Positions 30,601 through 46,100 of a stretch of 64,000 bases of DNA are shown here, in pieces; within the stretch, counting starts at the first letter, position 1, and each line of letters begins with the position of its first letter. The position numbers were made by a program, and so were the translations under genes. The DNA is taken from the NCBI GenBank assembly GCA_963920595.1, contig OY986946.1:4712001-4776000 (forward strand), given 5' to 3'. The DNA comes from Eimeria praecox. Lineage: Eukaryota. The notes below the pieces were generated by a model. The model ran no database searches, was not told where the DNA came from, and was given only the letters and a program-made list of their open reading frames with translations.

Positions 30601-33600
30601 CTCCACGCTAGACTCCTGCGTCATGTCGCTCCAGCACACAGGCACAATGCCGCAGATTCAACGCACGGCCTTCTGGAGACAGCCATCACCCAAATATTGG
30701 CGCCCCCAAATGCCAGAAACGTTCAATGAAACGCAACATGCCTCCCACCCAGACCTGTCAAACCATACACTGCAGCACATTCACACTGTCCTAGCACCCT
30801 GCCCCATCCACTTGCTTCTTGACGCAGTTCCTCTGCAGTTGACCTCAGGCTCCACACACACTCGAACACCGCATCTCACCCTGCACATCACCTCTCCACC
30901 CTTCACACAACACACCACCTACTCCAACCTAGCATCTGCTGCGTGCGAAAACCTTCCCCTCCACAACCATAAAGCAAGTCAGAACACACATTGTCAATAT
31001 AACATCCAGCATCCGAAGCCCCTCCATCGCCACACCCTACCTCCCCCACATCGCCAATCGCGCAAACAGATGTCTTGCCGCACACACATACCCACGCCGC
31101 TAAATGCCATCCAGCCACGCCGACATACCCAACTACCTGCCACTAAACATGCAAAGCGTGCACGACGATTAGGCCTGTCCGACATCCTTATTACCAGCAT
31201 TCAACGCACTTCCTCCTATACACAACCACCGACTCAACAACTCCTCCGTCCTAAAAACGGGCTGTCCACTGCAACCGAGCCTGCCTCCACGCTAGACTCC
31301 TGCATCATGTTGCTCCAGCACACAGGCACAATGTCGCAGATTCAACGCACGGCCTTCTGGAGACAGCCATCACCCAAACATTGGCGCCCCCAAATGCCAG
31401 AAACGTTCAATGAAACGCAACATGCCTCCCACCCAGACCTGTCAAACCATACACTGCAGCACATTCACACTGTCCTAGCACCCTGCCCCATCCACTTGCT
31501 TCTTGACGCAGTTCCTCTGCAGTTGACCTCAGGCTCCACACACACTCGAACACCGCATCTCACCCTGCACATCACCTCTCCACCCTTCACACAACACACC
31601 ACCTACTCCAACCTAGCATCTGCTGCGTGCGAAATGCTTCCCCTCCACAACCATAAAGCAAGTCAGAACACACATTGTCAATATAACATCCAGCATCCGA
31701 AGCTCCTCCATCGCCACACCCTATCTCCCCCACATCGCCAACCGCGCAAACAGATGTCTTGCCGCACACACATACCCACGCCGCTAAATGCCATCCAGCC
31801 ACGCCGACATACCCAACTACCTGCCACTAAACATGCAAAGCGTGCACGACGATTACGCCTGTCCGACATCCTTATTACCAGCATTCAACGCACTTCCTCC
31901 TATACACAACCACCGACTCAACAACTCCTCCGTCCTAAAAACGGGCTGTCCACTGCAACCGAGCCTGCCTCCACGCTAGACTCCTGCATCATGTTGCTCC
32001 AGCACACAGGCACAATGTCGCAGATTCAACGCACGGCCTTCTGGAGACAGCCATCACCCAAACATTGGCGCCCCCAAATGCCAGAAACGTTCAATGAAAC
32101 GCAACATGCCTCCCACCCAGACCTGTCAAACCATACACTGCAGCACATTCACACTGTCCTAGCACCCTGCCCCATCCACTTGCTTCTTGACGCAGTTCCT
32201 CTGCAGTTGACCTCAGGTTCCACACACACTCGAACACCGCATCTCACCCTGCACATCACCTCTCCACCCTTCACACAACACACCACCTACTCCAACCTAG
32301 CATCTGCTGCGTGCGAAATGCTTCCCCTCCACAACCATAAAGCAAGTCAGAACACACATTGTCAATATAACATCCAGCATCCGAAGCTCCTCCATCGCCA
32401 CACCCTACCTCCCCCACATCGCCAATCGCGCAAACAGATGTCTTGCCGCACACACATACCCACGCCGCTAAATGCCATCCAGCCACGCCGACATACCCAA
32501 CTACCTGCCACTAAACATGCAACGCGTGCACAGCGATTAAGCCTGTCCGACATCCTTATTACCAGCATTCAACACCCTTCCTCCTATACACAACCACCGA
32601 CTCAACAGCTCCTCCGTCATAACAACGAGCTGTCTACTGCAACCGACCCTGCCTCCACGCTAGACTCCTGCGCCATGTTGCTCCAGCACACAGGCACAAT
32701 GTCGCAGATTCAACGCACGGCCTTCTGGAGACAGCCATCACCCAAACATTGGCGCCCCCAAATGCCAGAAACGTTCAATGAAACGCAACATGCCTCCCAC
32801 CCAGACCTGTCAAACCATACACTGCAGCACATTCACACTGTCCTAACACCCTGCTCCATCCACTTGCTTCTTGACGCAGTTCCTCTGCAGTTGACCTCAG
32901 GCTCCACACACACTCGAACACCGCATCTCATCCTGCACATCACCTCTCCACCCTTCACACAACACACCACCTACCCCAACCTAGCATCTGCTGCGTGCGA
33001 AATGCTTCCCCTCCACAACCATAAAGCAAGTCAGAACACACATTGTCAATATAACATCCAGCATCCGAAGCTCCTCCATCATCATACCCTATCTCCCCCA
33101 CATCGCTAATCGCGCAAACAGATGTCTTGCCGCACACACATACCCACGCCGCTAAATGCCATCCAGCCACGCAAACATACCCAACTACCTGCCACTAAAC
33201 ATGCAACGCGTGCACAGCGATTAAGCCTGTCCGACATCCTTATTACCAGCATTCAACGCACTTCCTCCTATACACAACCACCGACTCAACAGCTCCTCCG
33301 TCATAACAACGAGCTGTCTACTGCAACCGACCCTGCCTCCACGCTAGACTCCTGCGCCATGTTGCTCCAGCACACAGGCACAATGTCGCAGATTCAACGC
33401 ACGGCCTTCTGGAGACAGCCATCACCCAAACATTGGCGCCCCCAAATGCCAGAAACGTTCAATGAAACGCAACATGCCTCCCACCCAGACCTGTCAAACC
33501 ATACACTGCAGCACATTCACACTGTCCTAACACCCTGCTCCATCCACTTGCTTCTTGACGCAGTTCCTCTGCAGTTGACCTCAGGCTCCACACACACTCG

Positions 33601-34907
33601 AACACCGCATCTCATCCTGCACATCACCTCTCCACCCTTCACACAACACACCACCTACCCCAACCTAGCATCTGCTGCGTGCGAAATGCTTCCCCTCCAC
33701 AACCATAAAGCAAGTCAGAACACACATTGTCAATATAACATCCAGCATCCGAAGCTCCTCCATCATCATACCCTATCTCCCCCACATCGCTAATCGCGCA
33801 AACAGATGTCTTGCCGCACACACATACCCACGCCGCTAAATGCCATCCAGCCACGCAAACATACCCAACTACCTGCCACTAAACATGCAACGCGTGCACA
33901 GCGATTAAGCCTGTCCGACATCCTTATTACCAGCATTCAACGCACTTCCTCCTATACACAACCACCGACTCAACAGCTCCTCCGTCATAACAACGAGCTG
34001 TCTACTGCAACCGACCCTGCCTCCACGCTAGACTCCTGCGCCATGTTGCTCCAGCACACAGGCACAATGTCGCAGATTCAACGCACGGCCTTCTGGAGAC
34101 AGCCATCACCCAAACATTGGCGCCCCCAAATGCCAGAAACGTTCAATGAAACGCAACATGCCTCCCACCCAGACCTGTCAAACCATACACTGCAGCACAT
34201 TCACACTGTCCTAACACCCTGCTCCATCCACTTGCTTCTTGACGCAGTTCCTCTGCAGTTGACCTCAGGCTCCACACACACTCGAACACCGCATCTCATC
34301 CTGCACATCACCTCTCCACCCTTCACACAACACACCACCTACCCCAACCTAGCATCTGCTGCGTGCGAAATGCTTCCCCTCCACAACCATAAAGCAAGTC
34401 AGAACACACATTGTCAATATAACATCCAGCATCCGAAGCTCCTCCATCATCATACCCTATCTCCCCCACATCGCTAATCGCGCAAACAGATGTCTTGCCG
34501 CACACACATACCCACGCCGCTAAATGCCATCCAGCCACGCAAACATACCCAACTACCTGCCACTAAACATGCAACGCGTGCACAGCGATTAAGCCTGTCC
34601 GACATCCTTATTACCAGCATTCAACGCACTTCCTCCTATACACAACCACCGACTCAACAACTCCTCCGTCATAAAAACGAGCTGTCCACTGCAACCGACC
34701 CTGCCTCAACGCTAGACTCCTGCGCCATGCTGCTCCAGCACACAGGCACAATGTCGCAGATTCAACGCACGGCCTTCTGGAGACAGCCATCACCCAAACA
34801 TTGGCGCCCCCAAATGCCAGAAACGTTCAATGAAACGCAACACGCCTCCCACCCAGACCTGTCAAACCATACACTGCAGCACATTCACACTGTCCTAGCA
34901 CCCTGCT

Positions 34908-37900
34908 CCATCCACTTGCTTCTTGACGCAGTTCCTCTGCAGTTGACCTCAGGCTCCACACACACTCGAACACCGCATCTCACCCTGCACATCACCTCTC
35001 CACCCTTCACACAACACACCACCTACCCCAACCTAGCACCCGCTGCGACCGAAACGCTTCCCCTCCACAACCATAAAGCAAGTCAGAACACACATTGTCA
35101 ATATAACATCCAGCATCCGAAGCTCCTCCATCGCCACACCCTACCTCCCCCACATCGCCAATCGCGCAAACAGATGTCTTGCCGCACACACATACCCACG
35201 CCGCTAAATGCCATCCAGCCACGCAAACATACCCAACTACCTGCCACTAAACATGCAACGCGTGCACAGCGATTAAGCCTGTCCGACATCCTTATTACCA
35301 GCATTCAACACCCTTCCTCCTATACACAGCGATCGACTCAACAACTCCTCCGTCATAACAACGAGCTGTCCACTGCAACCGACCCTGCCTCCACGCTAGA
35401 CTCCTGCATCATGTTGCTCCAGCACACAGGCACAATGTCGCAGATTCAACGCACGGCCTTCTGGAGACAGCCATCACCCAAACATTGGCGCCCCCAAATG
35501 CCAGAAACGTTCAATGAAACGCAACATGCCTCCCACCCAGACCTGTCAAACCATACACTGCAGCACATTCACACTGTCCTAACACCCTGCCCCATCCACT
35601 TGCTTCTTGACGCAGTTCCTCTGCAGTTGACCTCAGGCTCCACACACACTCGAACACCGCATCTCACCCTGCACATCACCTCTCCACCCTTCACACAACA
35701 CACCACCTACTCCAACCTAGCATCTGCTGCGTGCGAAATGCTTCCCCTCCACAACCATAAAGCAAGTCAGAACACACATTGTCAATATAACATCCAGCAT
35801 CCGAAGCTCCTCCATCGCCACACCCTACCTCCCCCACATCGCCAATCGCGCAAACAGATGTCTTGCCGCACACACATACCCACGCCGCTAAATGCCATCC
35901 AGCCACGCCGACATACCCAACTACCTGCCACTAAACATGCAAAGCGTGCTCGACGATTACGCCTGTCCGACATCCTTATTACCAGCATTCAACGCACTTC
36001 CTCCTATACACAACCACCGACTCAACAACTCCTCCGTCCTAAAAACGAGCTGTCCACTGCAACCGAGCCTGCCTCCACGCTAGACTCCTGCATCATGTTG
36101 CTCCAGCACACAGGCACAATGTCGCAGATTCAACGCACGGCCTTCTGGAGACAGCCATCACCCAAACATTGGCGCCCCCAAATGCCAGAAACGTTCAATG
36201 AAACGCAACATGCCTCCCACCCAGACCTGTCAAACCATACACTGCAGCACATTCACACTGTCCTAGCACCCTGCTCCATCCACTTGCTTCTTGACGCAGT
36301 TCCTCTGCAGTTGACCTCAGGTTCCACACACACTCGAACACCGCATCTCACCCTGCACATCACCTCTCCACCCTTCACACAACACACCACCTACTCCAAC
36401 CTAGCATCTGCTGCGTGCGAAATGCTTCCCCTCCACAGCCATAAAGCAAGTCAGAACACACATTGTCAATATAACATCCAGCATCCGAAGCTCCTCCATC
36501 GCCACACCCTACCTCCCCCACATCGCCAATCGCGCAAACAGATGTCTTGCCGCACACACATACCCACGCCGCTAAATGCCATCCAGCCACGCCGACATAC
36601 CCAACTACCTGCCACTAAACATGCAAAGCGTGCACGACGATTACGCCTGTCCGACATCCTTATTACCAGCATTCAACGCACTTCCTTCTATACACAACCA
36701 CCGACTCAACAACTCCTCCGTCCTAAAAACGAGCTGTCCACTGCAACCGAGCCTGCCTCCACGCTAGACTCCTGCATCATGTTGCTCCAGCACACAGGCA
36801 CAATGTCGCAGATTCAACGCACGGCCTTCTGGAGACAGCCATCACCCAAACATTGGCGCCCCCAAATGCCAGAAACGTTCAATGAAACGCAACATGCCTC
36901 CCACCCAGACCTGTCAAACCATACACTGCAGCACATTCACACTGTCCTAACACCCTGCCCCATCCACTTGCTTCTTGACGCAGTTCCTCTGCAGTTGACC
37001 TCAGGCTCCACACACACTCGAACACCGCATCTCACCCTGCACATCACCTCTCCACCCTTCACACAACACACCACCTACCCCAACCTAGCACCCGCTGCGA
37101 CCGAAACGCTTCCCCTCCACAACCATAAAGCAAGTCAGAACACACATTGTCAATATAACATCCAGCATCCGAAGCTCCTCCATCGCCACACCCTACCTCC
37201 CCCACATCGCCAATCGCGCAAACAGATGTCTTGCCGCACACACATACCCACGCCGCTAAATGCCATCCAGCCACGCAAACATACCCAACTACCTGCCACT
37301 AAACATGCAACGCGTGCACAGCGATTAAGCCTGTCCGACATCCTTATTACCAGCATTCAACACCCTTCCTCCTATACACAGCGATCGACTCAACAACTCC
37401 TCCGTCATAACAACGAGCTGTCCACTGCAACCGACCCTGCCTCCACGCTAGACTCCTGCATCATGTTGCTCCAGCACACAGGCACAATGTCGCAGATTCA
37501 ACGCACGGCCTTCTGGAGACAGCCATCACCCAAACATTGGCGCCCCCAAATGCCAGAAACGTTCAATGAAACGCAACATGCCTCCCACCCAGACCTGTCA
37601 AACCATACACTGCAGCACATTCACACTGTCCTAACACCCTGCCCCATCCACTTGCTTCTTGACGCAGTTCCTCTGCAGTTGACCTCAGGCTCCACACACA
37701 CTCGAACACCGCATCTCACCCTGCACATCACCTCTCCACCCTTCACACAACACACCACCTACTCCAACCTAGCATCTGCTGCGTGCGAAATGCTTCCCCT
37801 CCACAACCATAAAGCAAGTCAGAACACACATTGTCAATATAACATCCAGCATCCGAAGCTCCTCCATCGCCACACCCTACCTCCCCCACATCGCCAATCG

Positions 37901-39037
37901 CGCAAACAGATGTCTTGCCGCACACACATACCCACGCCGCTAAATGCCATCCAGCCACGCCGACATACCCAACTACCTGCCACTAAACATGCAAAGCGTG
38001 CTCGACGATTACGCCTGTCCGACATCCTTATTACCAGCATTCAACGCACTTCCTCCTATACACAACCACCGACTCAACAACTCCTCCGTCCTAAAAACGA
38101 GCTGTCCACTGCAACCGAGCCTGCCTCCACGCTAGACTCCTGCATCATGTTGCTCCAGCACACAGGCACAATGTCGCAGATTCAACGCACGGCCTTCTGG
38201 AGACAGCCATCACCCAAACATTGGCGCCCCCAAATGCCAGAAACGTTCAATGAAACGCAACATGCCTCCCACCCAGACCTGTCAAACCATACACTGCAGC
38301 ACATTCACACTGTCCTAGCACCCTGCTCCATCCACTTGCTTCTTGACGCAGTTCCTCTGCAGTTGACCTCAGGTTCCACACACACTCGAACACCGCATCT
38401 CACCCTGCACATCACCTCTCCACCCTTCACACAACACACCACCTACTCCAACCTAGCATCTGCTGCGTGCGAAATGCTTCCCCTCCACAGCCATAAAGCA
38501 AGTCAGAACACACATTGTCAATATAACATCCAGCATCCGAAGCTCCTCCATCGCCACACCCTACCTCCCCCACATCGCCAATCGCGCAAACAGATGTCTT
38601 GCCGCACACACATACCCACGCCGCTAAATGCCATCCAGCCACGCCGACATACCCAACTACCTGCCACTAAACATGCAAAGCGTGCACGACGATTACGCCT
38701 GTCCGACATCCTTATTACCAGCATTCAACGCACTTCCTTCTATACACAACCACCGACTCAACAACTCCTCCGTCCTAAAAACGAGCTGTCCACTGCAACC
38801 GAGCCTGCCTCCACGCTAGACTCCTGCATCATGTTGCTCCAGCACACAGGCACAATGTCGCAGATTCAACGCACGGCCTTCTGGAGACAGCCATCACCCA
38901 AACATTGGCGCCCCCAAATGCCAGAAACGTTCAATGAAACGCAACATGCCTCCCACCCAGACCTGTCAAACCATACACTGCAGCACATTCACACTGTCCT
39001 AACACCCTGCCCCATCCACTTGCTTCTTGACGCAGTT
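34908..39037. repeat. 3-monomer (2052 bp) tandem duplication
   Basis: Private alleles recur at +2052: GTGCTCGACG (~35949/38001), CCACAGCCAT (~36437/38489), TTCCTTCTA (~36686/38738). Confidence 0.88.
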
Positions 39038-40153
39038 GCTCTGCAGTTGACCTCAGGTTCCACACACACTCGAACACCGCATCTCATCCTGCACATCACC
39101 TCTCCACCCTTCACACAACACACCACCTACCCCAACCTAGCATCTGCTGCGTGCGAAATGCTTCCCCTCCACAACCATAAAGCAAGTCAGAACACACATT
39201 GTCAATATAACATCCAGCATCCGAAGCTCCTCCATCGCCACACCCTACCTCCCCCACATCGCCAATCGCGCAAACAGATGTCTTGCCGCACACACATACC
39301 CACGCCGCTAAATGCCATTCAGCCACGCCGACATACCCAACTACCTGCCACTAAACATGCAAAGCGTGCACGACGATTACGCCTGTCCGACATCCTTATT
39401 ACCAGCATTCAACGCACTTCCTCCTATACACAACCACCGACTCAACAACTCCTCCGTCATAACAACGAGCTGTCCACTGCAACCGAGCCTGCCTCCACGC
39501 TAGACTCCTGCATCATGTTGCTCCAGCACACAGGCACAATGTCGCAGATTCAACGCACGGCCTTCTGGAGACAGCCATCACCCAAACATTGGCGCCCCCA
39601 AATGCCAGAAACGTTCAATGAAACGCAACATGCCTCCCACCCAGACCTGTCAAACCATACACTGCAGCACATTCACACTGTCCTAGCACCCTGCTCCATC
39701 CACTTGCTTCTTGACGCAGTTCCTCTGCAGTTGACCTCAGGTTCCACACACACTCGAACACCGCATCTCACCCTGCACATCACCTCTCCACCCTTCACAC
39801 AACACACCACCTACTCCAACCTAGCATCTGCTGCGTGCGAAATGCTTCCCCTCCACAGCCATAAAGCAAGTCAGAACACACATTGTCAATATAACATCCA
39901 GCATCCGAAGCTCCTCCATCGTCACACCCTACCTCCCCCACATCGCCAATCGCGCAAACAGATGTCTTGCCGCACACACATACCCACGCCGCTAAATGCC
40001 ATCCAGCCACGCAAACATACCCAACTACCTGCCACTAAACATGCAACGCGTGCAAAGCGATTACGCCTGTCCGCAACTTTTATTATGAGCATTTAACGCA
40101 CTTCCTCCTATACACAACCACCGACTCAACAACGCCTCCGTCATAACAACGAT

Positions 40154-43100
40154 TTGACTACTGCAACCGAGCCTGCCTCCACGCTAGACTCCTGCATCAT
40201 GTTGCTCCAGCACACAGGCACAATGTCGCAGATTCAGCACACGGCCTTCTGGAGACAGCCATCACCCAAACATTGGCGCCCCCAAATGCCAGAAACTTTG
40301 CATGAAACGCAACATGCCTCCCACCCAGACCTGTCAAACCATACACTGCAGCACATTCACACTGTCCTAACACCCTGCCCCATCCACTTGCTTCTTGACG
40401 CAGTTCCTCTGCAGTTGACCTCAGGCTCCACACACACTCGAACACCGCATCTCATCCTTCACATCACCTCTCCACCCTTCACACAACACACCACCTACCC
40501 CAACCTAGCACCCGCTGCGACCGAAACGCTTCCCCTCCACAACCATAAAGCAAGTCAGAACACACATTGTCAATATAACATCCAGCATCCGAAGCTCCTC
40601 CATCGCCACACCCTACCTCCCCCACATCGCCAATCGCGCAAACAGATGTCTTGCCGCACACACATACCCACGCCGCTAAATGCCATCCAGCCACGCAAAC
40701 ATACCCAACTACCTGCCACTAAACATGCAACGCGTGCACAGCGATTAAGCCTGTCCGACATCCTTATTACCAGCATTCAGCACCCTTCCTCCTATACACA
40801 ACCACCGACTCAACAACTCCTCCGTGCTAAAAACGAGCTGTCCACTGCAACCGAGCCTGCCTCCACGCTAGACTCCTGCATCATGTTGCTCCAGCACACA
40901 GGCACAATGTCGCAGATTCAACGCACGGCCTTCTGGAGACAGCCATCACCCAAACATTGGCGCCCCCAAATGCCAGAAACGTTCAATGAAACGCAACATG
41001 CCTCCCACCCAGACCTGTCAAACCATACACTGCAGCACATTCACACTGTCCTAGCACCCTGCTCCATCCACTTGCTTCTTGACGCAGTTCCTCTGCAGTT
41101 GGCCTCAGGTTCCACACACACTCGAACACCGCATCTCACCCTGCACATCACCTCTCCACCCTTCACACAACACACCACCTACTCCAACCTAGCATCTGCT
41201 GCGTGCGAAAACCTTCCCCTCCACAACCATAAAGCAAGTCAGAACACACATTGTCAATATAACATCCAGCATCCGAAGCTCCTCCATCGCCACACCCTAC
41301 CTCCCCCACATCGCCAATCGCGCAAACAGATGTCTTGCCGCACACACATACCCACGCCGCTAAATGCCATCCAGCCATGCAAACATACCCAACTACCTGC
41401 CACTAAACATGCAAAGCGTGCACGACGATTACGCCTGTCCGACATCCTTATTACCAGCATTCAACGCACTTCCTCCTATACACAACCACCGACTCAACAA
41501 CTCCTCCGTGCTAAAAACGAGCTGTCCACTGCAACCGAGCCTGCCTCCACGCTAGACTCCTGCATCATGTTGCTCCAGCACGCAGGCACAATGTCGCAGA
41601 TTCAACGCACGGCCTTCTGGAGACAGCCATCACCCAAACATTGGCGCCCCCAAATGCCAGAAACGTTCAATGAAACGCAACATGCCTCCCACCCAGACCT
41701 GTCAAACCATACACTGCAGCACATTCACACTGTCCTAGCACCCTGCTCCATCCACTTGCTTCTTGACGCAGTTCCTCTGCAGTTGGCCTCAGGTTCCACA
41801 CACACTCGAACACCGCATCTCACCCTGCACATCACCTCTCCACCCTTCACACAACACACCACCTACTCCAACCTAGCATCTGCTGCGTGCGAAAACCTTC
41901 CCCTCCACAACCATAAAGCAAGTCAGAACACACATTGTCAATATAACATCCAGCATCCGAAGCTCCTCCATCGCCACACCCTACCTCCCCCACATCGCCA
42001 ATCGCGCAAACAGATGTCTTGCCGCACACACATACCCACGCCGCTAAATGCCATCCAGCCACGCCGACATACCCAACTACCTGCCACTAAACATGCAAAG
42101 CGTGCACGACGATTACGCCTGTCCGACATCCTTATTACCAGCATTCAACGCACTTCCTCCTATACACAACCACCGACTCAACAACTCCTCCGTGCTAAAA
42201 ACGAGCTGTCCACTGCAACCGAGCCTGCCTCCACGCTAGACTCCTGCATCATGTTGCTCCAGCACACAGGCACAATGTCGCAGATTCAACGCACGGCCTT
42301 CTGGAGACAGCCATCACCCAAACATTGGCGCCCCCAAATGCCAGAAACGTTCAATGAAACGCAACATGCCTCCCACCCAGACCTGTCAAACCATACACTG
42401 CAGCACATTCACACTGTCCTAACACCCTGCCCCATCCACTTGCTTCTTGACGCAGTTCCTCTGCAGTTGACCTCAGGCTCCACACACACTCGAACACCGC
42501 ATCTCATCCTTCACATCACCTCTCCACCCTTCACACAACACACCACCTACTCCAACCTAGCATCTGCTGCGTGCGAAATGCTTCCCCTCCACAACCATAA
42601 AGCAAGTCAGAACACACATTGTCAATATAACATCCAGCATCCGAAGCTCCTCCATCGCCACACCCTACCTCCCCCACATCGCCAATCGCGCAAACAGATG
42701 TCTTGCCGCACACACACACCCACGCCGCTAAATGCCATCCAGCCACGCCGACATACCCAACTACCTGCCACTAAACATGCAAAGCGTGCACGACGATTAC
42801 GCCTGTCCGACATCCTTATTACCAGCATTCAACGCACTTCCTCCTATACACAACCACCGACTCAACAACTCCTCCGTCCTAAAAACGAGCTGTCCACTGC
42901 AACCGAGCCTGCCTCCACGCTAGACTCCTGCATCATGTTGCTCCAGCACACAGGCACAATGTCGCAGATTCAACGCACGGCCTTCTGGAGACAGCCATCA
43001 CCCAAACATTGGCGCCCCCAAATGCCAGAAACTTTGCATGAAACGCAACATGCCTCCCACCCAGACCTGTCAAACCATACACTGCAGCACATTCACACTG

Positions 43101-46100
43101 TCCTAACACCCTGCCCCATCCACTTGCTTCTTGACGCAGTTCCTCTGCAGTTGACCTCAGGCTCCACACACACTCGAACACCGCATCTCATCCTTCACAT
43201 CACCTCTCCACCCTTCACACAACACACCACCTACCCCAACCTAGCATCTGCTGCGTGCGAAATGCTTCCCCTCCACAACCATAAAGCAAGTCAGAACACA
43301 CATTGTCAATATAACATCCAGCATCCGAAGCTCCTCCATCGCCACACCCTACCTCCCCCACATCGCCAATCGCGCAAACAGATGTCTTGCCGCACACACA
43401 CACCCACGCCGCTAAATGCCATCCAGCCACGCCGACATACCCAACTACCTGCCACTAAACATGCAAAGCGTGCACGACGATTACGCCTGTCCGACATCCT
43501 TATTACCAGCATTCAACGCACTTCCTCCTATACACAACCACCGACTCAACAACTCCTCCGTCCTAAAAACGAGCTGTCCACTGCAACCGAGCCTGCCTCC
43601 ACGCTAGACTCCTGCATCATGTTGCTCCAGCACACAGGCACAATGTCGCAGATTCAACGCACGGCCTTCTGGAGACAGCCATCACCCAAACATTGGCGCC
43701 CCCAAATGCCAGAAACGTTCAATGAAACGCAACATGCCTCCCACCCAGACCTGTCAAACCATACACTGCAGCACATTCACACTGTCCTAACACCCTGCCC
43801 CATCCACTTGCTTCTTGACGCAGTTCCTCTGCAGTTGACCTCAGGCTCCACACACACTCGAACACCGCATCTCACCCTGCACATCACCTCTCCACCCTTC
43901 ACACAACACACCACCTACTCCAACCTAGCATCTGCTGCGTGCGAAATGCTTCCCCTTCACAACCATAAAGCAAGTCAGAACACACATTGTCAATATAACA
44001 TCCAGCATCCGAAGCTCCTCCATCGCCACACCCTACCTCCCCCACATCGCCAATCGCGCAAACAGATGTCTTGCCGCACACACACACCCACGCCGCTAAA
44101 TGCCATCCAGCCACGCCGACATACCCAACTACCTGCCACTAAACATGCAAAGCGTGCACGACGATTACGCCTGTCCGACATCCTTATTACCAGCATTCAA
44201 CGCACTTCCTCCTATACACAACCACCGACTCAACAACTCCTCCGTCCTAAAAACGAGCTGTCCACTGCAACCGAGCCTGCCTCCACGCTAGACTCCTGCA
44301 TCATGTTGCTCCAGCACACAGGCACAATGTCGCAGATTCAACGCACGGCCTTCTGGAGACAGCCATCACCCAAACATTGGCGCCCCCAAATGCCAGAAAC
44401 GTTCAATGAAACGCAACATGCCTCCCACCCAGACCTGTCAAACCATACACTGCAGCACATTCACACTGTCCTAACACCCTGCCCCATCCACTTGCTTCTT
44501 GACGCAGTTCCTCTGCAGTTGACCTCAGGCTCCACACACACTCGAACACCGCATCTCATCCTTCACATCACCTCTCCACCCTTCACACAACACACCACCT
44601 ACCCCAACCTAGCATCTGCTGCGTGCGAAATGCTTCCCCTCCACAACCATAAAGCAAGTCAGAACACACATTGTCAATATAACATCCAGCATCCGAAGCT
44701 CCTCCATCGCCACACCCTACCTCCCCCACATCGCCAATCGCGCAAACAGATGTCTTGCCGCACACACACACCCACGCCGCTAAATGCCATCCAGCCACGC
44801 CGACATACCCAACTACCTGCCACTAAACATGCAAAGCGTGCACGACGATTACGCCTGTCCGACATCCTTATTACCAGCATTCAACGCACTTCCTCCTATA
44901 CACAACCACCGACTCAACAACTCCTCCGTCCTAAAAACGAGCTGTCCACTGCAACCGAGCCTGCCTCCACGCTAGACTCCTGCATCATGTTGCTCCAGCA
45001 CACAGGCACAATGTCGCAGATTCAACGCACGGCCTTCTGGAGACAGCCATCACCCAAACATTGGCGCCCCCAAATGCCAGAAACGTTCAATGAAACGCAA
45101 CATGCCTCCCACCCAGACCTGTCAAACCATACACTGCAGCACATTCACACTGTCCTAACACCCTGCCCCATCCACTTGCTTCTTGACGCAGTTCCTCTGC
45201 AGTTGACCTCAGGCTCCACACACACTCGAACACCGCATCTCATCCTTCACATCACCTCTCCACCCTTCACACAACACACCACCTACCCCAACCTAGCACC
45301 CGCTGCGACCGAAACGCTCCCCCTCCACAACCATAAAGCAAGTCAGAACACACATTGTCAATATAACATCCAGCATCCGAAGCTCCTCCATCGCCACACC
45401 CTACCTCCCCCACATCGCCAATCGCGCAAACAGATGTCTTGCCGCACACACATACCCACGCCGCTAAATGCCATCCAGCCACGCAAACATACCCAACTAC
45501 CTGCCACTAAACATGCAAAGCGTGCACAGCGATTAAGCCTGTCCGCCATCCTTATTACCAGCATTCAACACCCTTCCTCCTATACACAGGGATCGACTCA
45601 ACAACTCCTCCGTGCTAAAAACGAGCTGTCCACTGCAACCGAGCCTGCCTCCACGCTAGACTCCTGCATCATGTTGCTCCAGCACACAGGCACAATGTCG
45701 CAGATTCAACGCACGGCCTTCTGGAGACAGCCATCACCCAAACATTGGCGCCCCCAAATGCCAGAAACGTTCAATGAAACGCAACATGCCTCCCACCCAG
45801 ACCTGTCAAACCATACACTGCAGCACATTCACACTGTCCTAACACCCTGCCCCATCCACTTGCTTCTTGACGCAGTTCCTCTGCAGTTGACCTCAGGCTC
45901 CACACACACTCGAACACCGCATCTCACCCTGCACATCACCTCTCCACCCTTCACACAACACACCACCTACTCCAACCTAGCATCTGCTGCGTGCGAAATG
46001 CTTCCCCTCCACAACCATAAAGCAAGTCAGAACACACATTGTCAATATAACATCCAGCATCCGAAGCTCCTCCATCGCCACACCCTACCTCCCCCACATC

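Larger units (their letters stand above)
13170..35330. repeat. Higher-order repeat domain: 13-monomer unit (8892 bp) present twice with an extra 6-monomer (4104 bp) copy, giving a 19-monomer (12996 bp) offset
   Basis: GCAGCCTAG allele ends at 14863, 17599, 23755, 27859, 30595. CGCTAA allele ends at 17377, 20113, 20797, 21481 and again at +12996 (30373, 33109, 33793, 34477). The CCCTCACATCGCCAACCG monomer starts at 13610, 22502, 26606. The GCAACACGCC allele lies at 21847 and 34843. Confidence 0.92.
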
